From assembly GCA_963725865.1 (NCBI GenBank), contig CAVSAC010000012.1:1184001-1248000 (forward strand): DNA of 64,000 nucleotides, written 5' to 3'. The stretch comes from Candidatus Eiseniibacteriota bacterium (GTDB taxonomy: Bacteria > Eisenbacteria > RBG-16-71-46). Position 1 is the stretch's first letter, and each line of letters starts with the position of its first letter. Positions 12,815 through 22,645 of this stretch are shown here, piece after piece. The position numbers and the translations under genes are program-made. The notes under the pieces are model-generated. The model saw only the letters and a program-made list of their open reading frames with translations. It was not told the DNA's origin and did not search any database.

Positions 12815-15623
12815 ATGCGTCTGGCGCGCCCGGCGCGGACCCACATCCCCTTCCTCGCGCTCCTCCTCGCGACCCTTGCGGCGGTCCCGTCCGCCCACGC
12901 GCAGTCCTTCGGCAAGAACAAGGTCCAATACGAAGCGCTCGACTGGACGGTGTACGAGACCCCGCACGTGCGGATGCACCACTACGCGGAGGAGGACAGC
13001 CTCGCGCGCCGGCTGGCGGCCTTCGCGGAGAGCGTGTGCGTGGAGTACGACGCGCGATTCCGCCTGCACCCGCGCACGCGCGTGCCGTTCCTGCTGTACG
13101 CCGCTCACAGCCTGTTCCAGCAGAGCAACGCCACCCCCGAGCTGATCTCCGAGGGCACCGGCGGGCTCACCGAGCTGATCAAGGGGCGCGTGCTGGTGCC
13201 GCACACGGGCTCGTGGACGCGGCTCGCGTGGGTGACGCGCCACGAGCTGACCCACTGGTACATGCTCGAGAAGCTCAACCAGGTCATGAAGGAGCACCAC
13301 CGCACCCAGGGCGGGCTGCCGCCGCTGTGGTTCGTGGAGGGGCTGGCGGAGTACTTCGGCACGAGCTGGGACGCCGACGCCGAAGGCCTGATGCGCGACG
13401 CGGTGCTGTCCGGCGAGGCGCGGCCGCTGCGGCACAGCGAGTCGATCTGGGGCACGGTGCTGATGTACAAGGAAGGGCAGTCGTTCATGCTGTGGTTCGC
13501 GGAGCAGTACGGCGAGTCGCGCCTGATTGGAATGCTCGAAGACTGGTGGCGCGCCGACGACTTCGAGACCGTGTTCCGCATCACCACCGGCGAGCGCTTC
13601 GAGGCGGTCGACGAGCGCTGGTTCACATCGGTGCGCCGGCACTTCTACCCGGCGATCGCGACCACCTCCGCGGTGGCGGATACCGCGCGCCGCGCGACGC
13701 CGCACGGGCGCTACAACCTCGGAGCTCGGGTGCTGCCGGGGCGCGCCCCGGGCGACACCGCGCTGCGCTTCTGCTGGTTCGCCGCCTCCGAGAACGGCAT
13801 CGAGCTGCGCCTGAGCGAGCCCGACCGGCGCGGGCGGCGGCGCGAGACCCGCCTGCTGCGGGGCTACCAATCCCCGCAGTTCGAGTCGTTCCACCTGTTC
13901 CAGAATCGCCCCGGCGCCTCGTCGCTCGGGCGCGTGGTGATCTCCTCCAAGCGCGGGGGGCGGGACTGCATCCACGTGGTGGATGCGGCCGCGCGCCGCG
14001 TCCTGCGCACGGTCGACCTGCCGTCGCTGGTGATGATCACCGACCCGGTGTTCGCGGCCGGCGACTCGGCGGTCATCTTCTCGGCGCAGGACCGCAGCGG
14101 CCGCAGCGATCTGTACCGGCTGTGGTGGCGCCGGCCCGAGGGGCTCGAGCGCCTCATGAACGACGACTTCGACGACCTCGAGCCCGCGGTCTCGCCGGAC
14201 GGCCGCTGGGTGGCGTTCGCCTCCGATCGCGGCGAGCGGGGCGGGCGCTACGGGCTGTTCCGGCTCGCGCTCGCGGATGGTCACGTGGAGGCGCTGAGCG
14301 ACCCGCCGGCCGGCGACGACCGCCAGCCGGTGTACTCGCCGGATGGACGCTGGCTCGCGTTCCGCTCGACGCGCGGCGGCACCAGCGACCTGTGGGTGCG
14401 CCCGGCGGAGCCCGCACGCGAGGCGCGGCGGGTGACCCGGCTGCGCGGCCCGGCCACCGATCCCGACTGGCTCGCGGACGGGCGCGGGCTGATGTTCACC
14501 GGGCAGGAGGCGGTGCGCTTCCAGGCCTACGTCGTCCGGTTCGCACCGGAGTCGCTGCAGGTCGAGCCCGAGGCGCCCGGCACCGCGGAGCCCGCGATGC
14601 CGGCGATCGCGCATCGCGGCGAGCCGCAGCGCTACCAGCGGCGCGTCGGACTCGACCTGGTCCAGAACGCGATCGCCTACGACCCGGTGCTCGGCGGCGC
14701 CGCGGGAGTGGGGCAGATCTCGCTCAGCGACGTGCTCGGAAACGAGCGGTGGTACGTGTTCATCGCGAACGACTCCGAGCGGTTCGGCAACTTCTGGGAC
14801 GGCTTCCAGACCGGGATCACGTACGTGAACCAGGCGCAGCGGATGAACTACGGGGTCGGGGTGTTCCGGCTCACCGAGCAGTACGACGCCGACCTCGACC
14901 TGATCCGCCGCGAGAAGCGGGTCGGGGTGCTGGCGCTGGCGTCCTACCCGTTCGACAAGTTCACGCGCATCGAGGCGTCCGCCGTCGTGCGCCACGCGAG
15001 CGACCATCTGCTGCGCGACGGCCGGGTGCTCGACGTCGACCTGGTGTCGGACTTCCTCACGCTGGTGCGCGACAACGTGGGTTGGTCGTCGATGGGGCCC
15101 GCGAGCGGACTGCGCGCCTTCCTGTCGGCCGGGTTTCACGCGCGACATGACGTCGGGAGCGGCCGACTTCGCCACGTTGATGGCGGAAGGGCGCCGCTAC
15201 GCCAGCCCGGCGCCGGGGCTGGTGCTGGCCGCGCGCGCGCAGGGGCTGGCGAGCCTCGGCCACGACGCGCAGCGCTTCTACCTGGGTGGGCGCTCGACCC
15301 TGCGCGGCTTCGACCGGCGGGAGATCTCCGGATTGCGCACCGTGCTGCTGCAGCAGGAGGTGCGCTTTCCGCTGCTGCGCGGACTCACGCTCGCGGTCCC
15401 GGCGCCGTGGGAGTTCCCGGCCATCTCGGGCGCCACGTTCGTGGACGCGGCGTGGGCGTGGGAGGGCGAGGTGCGCGAGCGCCGCGGCAGCGCGGGCTTC
15501 GCCGTGTACGTGGGCGGGGCGTACTTCCCGGCGCTGCGCTGGAATTTCGCATGGACCACGCTCGACTTCGAGCACTGGGCACGGCGGCCGCGGACCCAGT
15601 TCAACCTCGGCTTCAACTTCTGA
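12815..15623 (+). pseudogene. secreted peptidase-MA-like + PD40 beta-propeller + BamA/TamA-type beta-barrel protein, interrupted by a 1-nt frameshift near 15131-15136
   Basis: Signal peptide, FGKNKVQY, HELTH...WFVEGLAEY, SPDGRW repeats; the barrel C-terminus (FYLGG...LRGF...FNLGFNF) is in another frame (ORF 15147-15623). May be a sequencing error. Confidence 0.75.
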
Positions 15624-15638
15624 GTCGTCGCGCCGCGC

Positions 15639-16892
15639 TCACGGCCCCGAGCGGTCCACCGCGACCGAGCGGGGGCTGACGAACCCGCCCGCGCTCTCGA
15701 GCACCGTGCCGGCGGAGGAGACGTGCGCCACCCGTCCGAGCGAGGTGGCCACCACCCAGGCGTCGCCGGTCTTCAGATCGAGCGACACGCTGCGCGCCCC
15801 CGGGAGTCCGCGCACGCGGAACAGCACGGCGCCGGCGCGGTCCAGCACCACGACCTCGCTCGCCACCGCGTCGGCGATCCAGACCCGGCCGCGGCGCGGA
15901 TCGATGTCGATCCCGATCGGACCCAGGAAGCCCGCGATCGTGTCCTGCGGCACCATCGACGAATTCATCCGCACGACCTGGCCCTGCTCGTAGGAGCTCA
16001 CCCACACGTCGCGCGTGAGGGAGTCGATGGCGATCCACCAGGGCAGGGTCACCGCGGTGCGCCCGAGCTGCGCGCCGGCCACCGAGAATCGCCGGACCTG
16101 GTTGCCGTGGTGCTCCGTCACCCACACCGAGCGGTCGGCGGGATCGATCGCGACCGCGAGCGGCTCGTCGAGTCCGCCGATCGAGGACGGAGTGCCCGGC
16201 TGGCCGGAGGGCTGCAGGTGACGCAGCAGGTCCGCGGACTGGTCGCACACCCACAGCCCGCGATCGAGCCAATCGATCGCGAGCCCCGCAGGGCGCGAGA
16301 ACCCGGTGACCTGCACCGAGACCCGGCCGTCCGGGAGCACCGCGCTCACGCTGCCGTCGCCGATGTCGCCAACCCAGGCGACTCCCGAGTAATCGTCGAC
16401 CGCGAGCTCGTACGGCGCGGAGAACCCCGCGACCTGGGCGGCGATGTGGCGGCCGTCCGGCGTCATCCGCGCGATCATGCCCGCCTCCGGGTCGGTCGCC
16501 CACGCGCGCTCCAGTCCCGGCGTGGCGCGGTCCTCGGCCGGCAGTCCGCCCGGCCCGTTCTGGAACACGTGGTAGAGCTGGTACTCGTACGTCGTGCCGT
16601 TGGACAGCCCGAGGTCCACGAAGCCGGAGCTGTTCGCCGGGAGCTGCAGCGGAAGGACCAGGTAGTCCGGCTCGCCCGCGATGCGCCGGCGCAGCTCGAA
16701 GCCCACCAGCCCCGGGGCGGTCGACGGCGACCACTGCAGCCTCACGAACGTGTTCTCCGCCAGCGCGACGAAGCCGCTCGGGCGCCCGCCGGTCTCGGGG
16801 TTCTTGGGATCGAACGGATTCGAGTGCGGTCGCGAGCTGCAGCCCGCGACCAGCGCCAGGCCGGCGATCAGAACCGCAGCGCGAGCGCGCAT
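15639..16892 (-). CDS. lipoprotein with FN3-like domain and NHL/YVTN-type beta-propeller
   Basis: Lipobox LVAGC, NPFDP, LSNGTTYEY and repeated P.(G/A)(I/V)AID...VWV units. Confidence 0.7.
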   Translation of the reverse strand: MRARAAVLIAGLALVAGCSSRPHSNPFDPKNPETGGRPSGFVALAENTFVRLQWSPSTAPGLVGFELRRRIAGEPDYLVLPLQLPANSSGFVDLGLSNGTTYEYQLYHVFQNGPGGLPAEDRATPGLERAWATDPEAGMIARMTPDGRHIAAQVAGFSAPYELAVDDYSGVAWVGDIGDGSVSAVLPDGRVSVQVTGFSRPAGLAIDWLDRGLWVCDQSADLLRHLQPSGQPGTPSSIGGLDEPLAVAIDPADRSVWVTEHHGNQVRRFSVAGAQLGRTAVTLPWWIAIDSLTRDVWVSSYEQGQVVRMNSSMVPQDTIAGFLGPIGIDIDPRRGRVWIADAVASEVVVLDRAGAVLFRVRGLPGARSVSLDLKTGDAWVVATSLGRVAHVSSAGTVLESAGGFVSPRSVAVDRSGP

Positions 16893-17356
16893 CGTCCGGG
16901 GGCCACGGTGAGGGAGAACACCTCGTCGCGCGGGTGGTGCACGAAACGCATCCACAGCCCGGCGGCGATCAGCGCCTCGCCGCCGAGCAGCGCGCCGCTC
17001 GAAAGCCGGTCGTAGTGGGCGGTGCGGTCGTACAACGACGTGATCTGCCCCGGATCGACCGCCATGAGGTACTCGTCGTAGAGCTCGTTCGACCGGGCCT
17101 GGAGTGCGAACGAGGCGCCCATCAGTCCGGCCCCGGCCGCCATCGCCAGGTAAGCGCCGAGGTGGGACCGCGGCGCGGCGGCGGTGTGGATCTCGACCGA
17201 GGGGAACGGCGAGGGTGCGGGCTCGCCGGCCGCCGCCGCGGCGATCGCCGCCGCCGGATGCGCGACGGCCGCCCGCGCGGGAGCGCAGGCGGCCGGGGCC
17301 GGCATCGAGCAGAGTGCGAAGGCCGCGAGCAGCGCGGCCGCGGGGCGCATCGTCAT
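16868..17356 (-). CDS. hypothetical exported/membrane protein
   Basis: Signal-like N-terminus, two hydrophobic segments, ends in ALALRF; overlaps the next gene; start 17350 or 17356. Confidence 0.55.
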   Translation of the reverse strand: MTMRPAAALLAAFALCSMPAPAACAPARAAVAHPAAAIAAAAAGEPAPSPFPSVEIHTAAAPRSHLGAYLAMAAGAGLMGASFALQARSNELYDEYLMAVDPGQITSLYDRTAHYDRLSSGALLGGEALIAAGLWMRFVHHPRDEVFSLTVAPGRCALALRF

Positions 17357-17368
17357 CCGATCATGGCC

Positions 17369-17626
17369 TCAGGCCGAGAGCTTGGAGGCGAACTTCGCCA
17401 GACGCGACTTGTGGCGGTTCGCGGTCTCCTTCTTGATCATGCCCTTGGCGGCGGTGCGGTCGAGGATCGCGGCGGCCTTGGTGTATGCGGCCTGAGCCTG
17501 GGCCCTGCTGGTGGCCTCTCGCACGGCCTTCACGGCGGCGCGCATGCGCGAGCGGGCGGCGATGTTCCGCTGGCGCGCCTTCTCGTTCGTGATGACGCGC
17601 TTGGCCGCGGACTTGTGATGCGGCAT
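17369..17626 (-). CDS. rpsT: 30S ribosomal protein S20
   Basis: MPHHKSAAKRVITNEKARQRN...KGMIKKETANRHKSRL; AGGAGG RBS. Confidence 0.95.
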   Translation of the reverse strand: MPHHKSAAKRVITNEKARQRNIAARSRMRAAVKAVREATSRAQAQAAYTKAAAILDRTAAKGMIKKETANRHKSRLAKFASKLSA

Positions 17627-17668
17627 TCGTTCCTCCTTGGGATCGTCGGGTCACGGAAAAGCCCGGAA

Positions 17669-17697
17669 AAACTACGTGTTCCCGCGCCGTCCGTCAA
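17669..17697 (-). promoter_or_regulatory. sigma70-type promoter of rpsT
   Basis: TTGACG-N17-TAGTTT on the minus strand. Confidence 0.65.
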
Positions 17698-17740
17698 GCC
17701 GCGACGGGGGAGGATCGCGCGTGCGAGCGACTCGCGACTA

Positions 17741-17769
17741 TTGCGGCCCGCGGGCCCGGGATGTAGTGT
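17741..17769 (+). promoter_or_regulatory. sigma70-type promoter of the uvrC operon
   Basis: TTGCGG-N17-TAGTGT, divergent from the rpsT promoter. Confidence 0.5.
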
Positions 17770-17809
17770 CCTTGCCTCGACCATCCCTCAGTGGGCCGCT
17801 GGGGCTCCC

Positions 17810-19645
17810 ATGAGCGCATTGAGCGAAAAAGTGCGGAATCTACCGGCTCTTCCCGGGGTCTACCTCTGGAAGGACGCCCGGGGACGCGTGCTCTACGTGG
17901 GCAAGGCCAAGAGCCTCCAGCACCGCGTGCGCTCCTACGCGACCGGCGAGAGCGGGCACGCCCGGCTGGACGAGCTGATGGCCGAGGCGGTCGACGTGGA
18001 CACCATCCTGACCGACACCGAGGCGGACGCGCTGCTGCTGGAGTCCACCCTGGTCCGCCAGCACAAGCCCCATTACAACGTGCTGCTCAAGGACGACAAG
18101 TCCTTTCCCTACGTCCGGATCAGCGTCCAGGAGGACGCCCCCCGGCTGTCGGTGACCCGCCATGTCCGCAGCGATGGCGCCCGCTACCTGGGCCCGTACA
18201 CCGACGTCAAACTGTTGCGGCGCACTCTGCGCGAGCTGCGGCGGGTGTTTCCGGTGCGGACCTGCCGGGATTTCGAGGACCACCGGCGCACCAATCGCCC
18301 GTGCCTGTACTTCCACATCCGGCGCTGCGCCGGCCCCTGCACGACGCGCTCGCCGGTCTCGCCGGCCGACTACCGACGCATCGTCGACGGGCTGGTGCTG
18401 TTCCTCTCGGGGCGCGACGTGGACCTGGCGAAGTCGTTGCGCACCCAGATGGGCGAGGCCGCGGCGGAGCGCCGCTACGAGGAGGCCGCGCGGGTGCGCG
18501 ACCAGATCGCCCTGCTCGAGAAGGCGCGCGTGCCGCAGACCATGGTGCGCCGCGGCGCGCACGACACCGACGTGCTCGGGGTGGCGCGCCACGGCGCGCG
18601 CGCCGCGCTCGCGGTGCTGCTGGTGCGCGAGGGTCGCGTGGCGGGGAAGGAGTCGCGCGTCATCGACGGGGCCGGGCGGCTCGACGACGCCACCATCCTC
18701 GAGTCCGTGATCACGCAGCACTACCTCGGCGCCGCCGAGCCACCGCGCCGGCTGGTCGTGGGCGTGCTGCCCGAGAGCGCCGCGGCGCTGGCGGACGCGC
18801 TGTCGCGCCACGCCGGACGCCGCGTCGAGCTGGCCGCGCCCGTCCGCGGGCGCGACCGGAGGCTGGTGCTGATGGCCGAGCGCAACGCGGCGCTCGCGCT
18901 CGAAGACCTCGCGGCGCGCGCGGCGGGCCGGCGCGCGCGATTCTCGCCCGACGTGCTGGCGCTCCAGAAGGCGCTCGAGCTGCCGGTGCCGCCGTTCCGC
19001 ATGGTGTGCTTCGACATCTCGAACCTGGGCCCCGAGCACGCGGTCGCGGCCGTCGTTGCGGCCGAGAACGCGCGCCCGCGCAAGTCGCTGTACCGGCGCA
19101 TGCGGATCCGCCGCCCGGGACCCGACGACTTCGCGATGATCGCCGAGGCCGTGGAGCGCTACTGGGCGCGCGTGGAGTCGGGCGAGCTGCCTCGCCCCGA
19201 CCTGGCGGTGATCGACGGGGGCCTCGGGCAGCTGGGGGCGGCGCGCGCGGCGCTCGAGCGCTCGGGTGCCCGCCCGGTGCCGCTCATCGGCCTCGCCAAG
19301 CGCGAGGAGACCGTGGTGCGTCTCGGCGCGCCCCCGCTGGTGCTGCCGCGCCGCAGCGCCGCGCTGCGCGCGCTGCAGCGGCTGCGCGACGAGGCGCACC
19401 GCTTCGGGCTCTCGTACCACCGCACGCTGCGCAGTCGCTCGCGCCTGGCGAGCGACCTGGAGCGGGTGCCGGGCGTGGGGCCCGCGCGGCGCGCCGCGCT
19501 GCTGCGCGCGTTCGGCTCGCTGAGCGCGGTCCGTGCCGCGACGGCGGCGGAGATCGCGGCGCGCGCCGGGATGCCGGCGCCGCTCGCCGAGCGCATCGCC
19601 CGCCAGCTGGCGGCGGGCGCGCACGCCCGGGAAGGCCCGCGATGA
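17810..19645 (+). CDS. uvrC: excinuclease ABC subunit C
   Basis: GIY-YIG (PGVYLWK...LYVGKAKSL), Cys cluster (PCLYFHIRRCAGPC), FDISN, IDGG, RDEAHRF and HhH (VPGVGP). Confidence 0.95.
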   Translation: MSALSEKVRNLPALPGVYLWKDARGRVLYVGKAKSLQHRVRSYATGESGHARLDELMAEAVDVDTILTDTEADALLLESTLVRQHKPHYNVLLKDDKSFPYVRISVQEDAPRLSVTRHVRSDGARYLGPYTDVKLLRRTLRELRRVFPVRTCRDFEDHRRTNRPCLYFHIRRCAGPCTTRSPVSPADYRRIVDGLVLFLSGRDVDLAKSLRTQMGEAAAERRYEEAARVRDQIALLEKARVPQTMVRRGAHDTDVLGVARHGARAALAVLLVREGRVAGKESRVIDGAGRLDDATILESVITQHYLGAAEPPRRLVVGVLPESAAALADALSRHAGRRVELAAPVRGRDRRLVLMAERNAALALEDLAARAAGRRARFSPDVLALQKALELPVPPFRMVCFDISNLGPEHAVAAVVAAENARPRKSLYRRMRIRRPGPDDFAMIAEAVERYWARVESGELPRPDLAVIDGGLGQLGAARAALERSGARPVPLIGLAKREETVVRLGAPPLVLPRRSAALRALQRLRDEAHRFGLSYHRTLRSRSRLASDLERVPGVGPARRAALLRAFGSLSAVRAATAAEIAARAGMPAPLAERIARQLAAGAHAREGPR

Positions 19646-20625
19646 GCCGCGTCGCCGTGTCCACCGCGCCCGCCGCCCGCGCGCCCGCGCCGGCGCTGGT
19701 GCGCCCGGTCGAGGCGTACCTCGACGAGCTGCGCACCGGTCGGCGGCTGGCGGCGAACACGCTCGACGCCTACGGCCGTGACCTCGCGGACTACACCGGC
19801 TTCGCGGCCCGCCACCGCCTGGCGGACTGGGGCGAGGCCACCCCGGTGTTCGTCGACGGTTACTTCGCCTGGCTCGCCGTGCGCACGCTGTCGGCACGTA
19901 CGGCGGCACGCCGGCGCTCGGTGCTGCGCGGCTTCCACGCGTTCCTCGAGCGCACCGGGCAGCGCACCGACGATCCGCTCGCCCAGCTGCCCGCGGCGCG
20001 CCGCGAGCAGAAGCTCCCTCACGTGCTGGCGGTCGAGGACCTCGAGCGGCTGATCGCCGCGCCGCAGGGGGAGGGCCCGCTGGCGCTGCGCGACCGGGCG
20101 ATGCTGGAGCTGATCTACGCCAGCGGGCTGCGGGTGTCGGAGCTGCTGGGACTCACCCGCGCGGCGGTGCAGATGCGCGAGCGCAGCCTGGTGGTCACCG
20201 GCAAGCGCGACAAGACGCGCGTGGTGCCGTTCGGCACCCGCGCCCAGGCGGCGCTGCGCGAGTACCTCGAGCGCGGCCGCCCGCTGCTGGTCGCCCGTTC
20301 GCGCGGCGAGCGGCTGTTCGTCAACGCGCGCGGCGAGGCGCTCAGTCGTCAGGGGTTCTGGAAGATCCTGCGCGGTCACGCGCGTGCCACCGGGCTGGCG
20401 GCGCGCGTGCACCCGCACGCGCTGCGGCATTCCTTCGCGAGCCATCTGCTGGAGCGGGGCGCCGACCTGCGCGTGGTGCAGGAGCTGCTGGGTCACGCGT
20501 CCATCTCGACGACGGAGATCTACACCCATCTGGACCGGGATTACCTCCGGGAGGTGCATCGCACCTTCCACCCCCGCGAGGCCAGGCGGCCCGCGGGGAC
20601 GACCACTCGAAAGGAGTCTCGATGA
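19642..20625 (+). CDS. xerD: tyrosine recombinase XerD
   Basis: [29 protein letters not shown] (XerD-typical), [25 protein letters not shown] and TEIYTH. Confidence 0.88.
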   Translation: MSRVAVSTAPAARAPAPALVRPVEAYLDELRTGRRLAANTLDAYGRDLADYTGFAARHRLADWGEATPVFVDGYFAWLAVRTLSARTAARRRSVLRGFHAFLERTGQRTDDPLAQLPAARREQKLPHVLAVEDLERLIAAPQGEGPLALRDRAMLELIYASGLRVSELLGLTRAAVQMRERSLVVTGKRDKTRVVPFGTRAQAALREYLERGRPLLVARSRGERLFVNARGEALSRQGFWKILRGHARATGLAARVHPHALRHSFASHLLERGADLRVVQELLGHASISTTEIYTHLDRDYLREVHRTFHPREARRPAGTTTRKESR

Positions 20626-21233
20626 GCCGGATGCAAGGCACCACCCTGCGGATCGCGATCGTGGCGATGGCGGCGCTGACGCTGGCGGCACCGGTGCGCG
20701 CGGAGTCCACGATCGTCCTGCCGCGGCCCGGTCAGGTGGGGATCAGCGTGCAGGGACAGTATGGCTCGCTGCTGCAGGGCGGCGCGATCGGCGACCTGTT
20801 CAACAGCGGTCCGGGCCTCGCGGTGCGGCTGCGCTACCGGATGCGCTACGAGCGCGCGCTCGGGCTCTCGTTCGAGAGCCAGACGTTCGACGCGCGCAAG
20901 CCGCAGCCCTCGGACAGCCTGTTCGCCCGCAAGGAGGCCACGCTCATCCTGTCGGGGATCGAGGCCTACCAGCTGTTCGGCACCCGCACGCGCACGACCA
21001 AGATGCTGAGCGCCGGGCTCGGGCTCGTGCAGACGTCGTACAAGCTCAACGACGGTGAGACCGAGTTCCCGGGGGACGGCATGTTCCTGAGCGCGGGCGC
21101 CGGCGTGGAGCAGTTCTTCTATCGCTCCTGGGCCTTCGATCTCAGCACGCGCTATCTCGCCCTGTTCCAGAACGGCAAGGCCAACCACGACATCCAGGCG
21201 AGCCTGGGTGTCGTCTTCTACGCGAGCTACTGA
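20622..21233 (+). CDS. small outer-membrane beta-barrel protein
   Basis: Signal peptide, amphipathic beta-strand pattern and aromatic C-terminus (LGVVFYASY). Confidence 0.6.
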   Translation: MSRMQGTTLRIAIVAMAALTLAAPVRAESTIVLPRPGQVGISVQGQYGSLLQGGAIGDLFNSGPGLAVRLRYRMRYERALGLSFESQTFDARKPQPSDSLFARKEATLILSGIEAYQLFGTRTRTTKMLSAGLGLVQTSYKLNDGETEFPGDGMFLSAGAGVEQFFYRSWAFDLSTRYLALFQNGKANHDIQASLGVVFYASY

Positions 21234-22645
21234 TGACCGAACCGCTCTCCATCTCCTTCGAGGGTGCCGCGCGGACCGTGACCGGGTCGCGGCACCGCAT
21301 CCGCTTTGGCCCGCGCCAGTGGCTGTTCGACTGCGGGCTCTATCAGGGTCACCGCGACGAGGCGGAGCGCATCAACCGGACTTTCCGCTTCGCGCCCGCG
21401 GACCTCGACGCGGTGGTGCTGTCGCACGCGCACCTGGACCACACCGGGAACCTGCCGACGCTGGTCGCGCAGGGCTTCCGCGGGCTGATCCACGCCACCC
21501 CGCCGACCGCGGACCTGTGCGGCGTGCTGCTGCCGGACAGCGCGCACCTCATGCAACGCGACGTGGAGCACGTGAACTGGCGCGGCAAGGGCAAGGGCGG
21601 GCCGCCCCGCCAGCCGCTTTACGGACCGGAAGACGTGGACGCCACGCTCGCCCAGTTCGCGACCCATCGCTATCACGAGCCCTGGGACCTGTTCCCGGGC
21701 GTGCGCGTGCAGTACTACGACGCCGGTCACATCCTGGGCTCGGCGCTCACCACGTTCGAGTTCTCGAGCGGCGGTCGCACGCTGCGCCTCGGCATGGGCG
21801 GGGACCTCGGGCGCGCCGGGCGCCCCATCCTGCGCGATCCCGAGGTGCCGCCGGGCGTCGACGTGCTGGTGATGGAGAGCACCTACGGCGACCGGCTGCA
21901 CAGCGACACGGCGGCCGACGAGCTGCGACTGGTCGAGATCATCGAGCGCACGGCGAAGCGCGGCGGCCGCGTCATCGTCCCCGCGTTCGCGGTCGGGCGC
22001 ACGCAGGAGCTGGTCGCGACGCTGCACCGCCTGATCGAGGCCAAGCGCCTGCGGGACCTGCCGATCTTCGTCGACAGTCCAATGGCGTCGCGCACCACGC
22101 AGGTGTTCCGCCACCATGCGGAGGTCTTCGATGCCGAGACGCGCGGGCAGTGGGAGGAGGGCGACGGGTCCCCGTTCGGCTTCGGGCGCCTGCGCTACGT
22201 CTCCTCGCCGCAGGAGAGCATGGCGCTGAACGAGTTCAGCCAGCCGTGCATCATCATCTCGGCGTCGGGCATGTGCGAGGGCGGGCGCGTGCTGTTCCAC
22301 CTGCGCCAGGCCATCGGCGATGCGCGCAATACGGTGTTGTTCGTCGGCTTCCAGGCCGAGGGCACGCTCGGCCGCCGGCTCCGTGAAGGGGCCGAGCGGG
22401 TGAACATCTTCGGGGAGCCCTACGAGCGGCGCTGCGACATCGAGGCGCTGGACTCCTTCAGCGCGCACGCCGACCAGCGCGAGCTGTTGGAGTGGATCGC
22501 CCGCCTCGATCCGGCGCCGCGCGCGATCCATCTCGTGCATGGAGAACCCACGGCCGCGGAGACGCTGGCCGGGCTGCTGCGCGAGCGCACCACCGCGCGC
22601 GTGGACGTGCCAGCGCTGGGGGAGGCCTTCGAGCTGTGGAGCTGA
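21233..22645 (+). CDS. MBL-fold beta-CASP nuclease (Ysh1/CPSF73-like)
   Basis: GAARTVTGS, DCGLYQG, SHAHLDHTG, AGHILGS, MESTYG, PAFAVGRTQE, ASGMCEGGR and FSAHAD. Confidence 0.9.
   Translation: MTEPLSISFEGAARTVTGSRHRIRFGPRQWLFDCGLYQGHRDEAERINRTFRFAPADLDAVVLSHAHLDHTGNLPTLVAQGFRGLIHATPPTADLCGVLLPDSAHLMQRDVEHVNWRGKGKGGPPRQPLYGPEDVDATLAQFATHRYHEPWDLFPGVRVQYYDAGHILGSALTTFEFSSGGRTLRLGMGGDLGRAGRPILRDPEVPPGVDVLVMESTYGDRLHSDTAADELRLVEIIERTAKRGGRVIVPAFAVGRTQELVATLHRLIEAKRLRDLPIFVDSPMASRTTQVFRHHAEVFDAETRGQWEEGDGSPFGFGRLRYVSSPQESMALNEFSQPCIIISASGMCEGGRVLFHLRQAIGDARNTVLFVGFQAEGTLGRRLREGAERVNIFGEPYERRCDIEALDSFSAHADQRELLEWIARLDPAPRAIHLVHGEPTAAETLAGLLRERTTARVDVPALGEAFELWS

Noticed and set aside
15131..15137. 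Programmed -1 ribosomal frameshift at GGGTTTC
   Set aside because: Joining the frames needs a +1 shift, and no stimulatory element is evident
8293..20625. Two tyrosine recombinases as signs of a prophage or integrative element
   Set aside because: Both are about 300 aa, Xer-like and embedded in housekeeping operons; no phage, att or cargo genes are nearby
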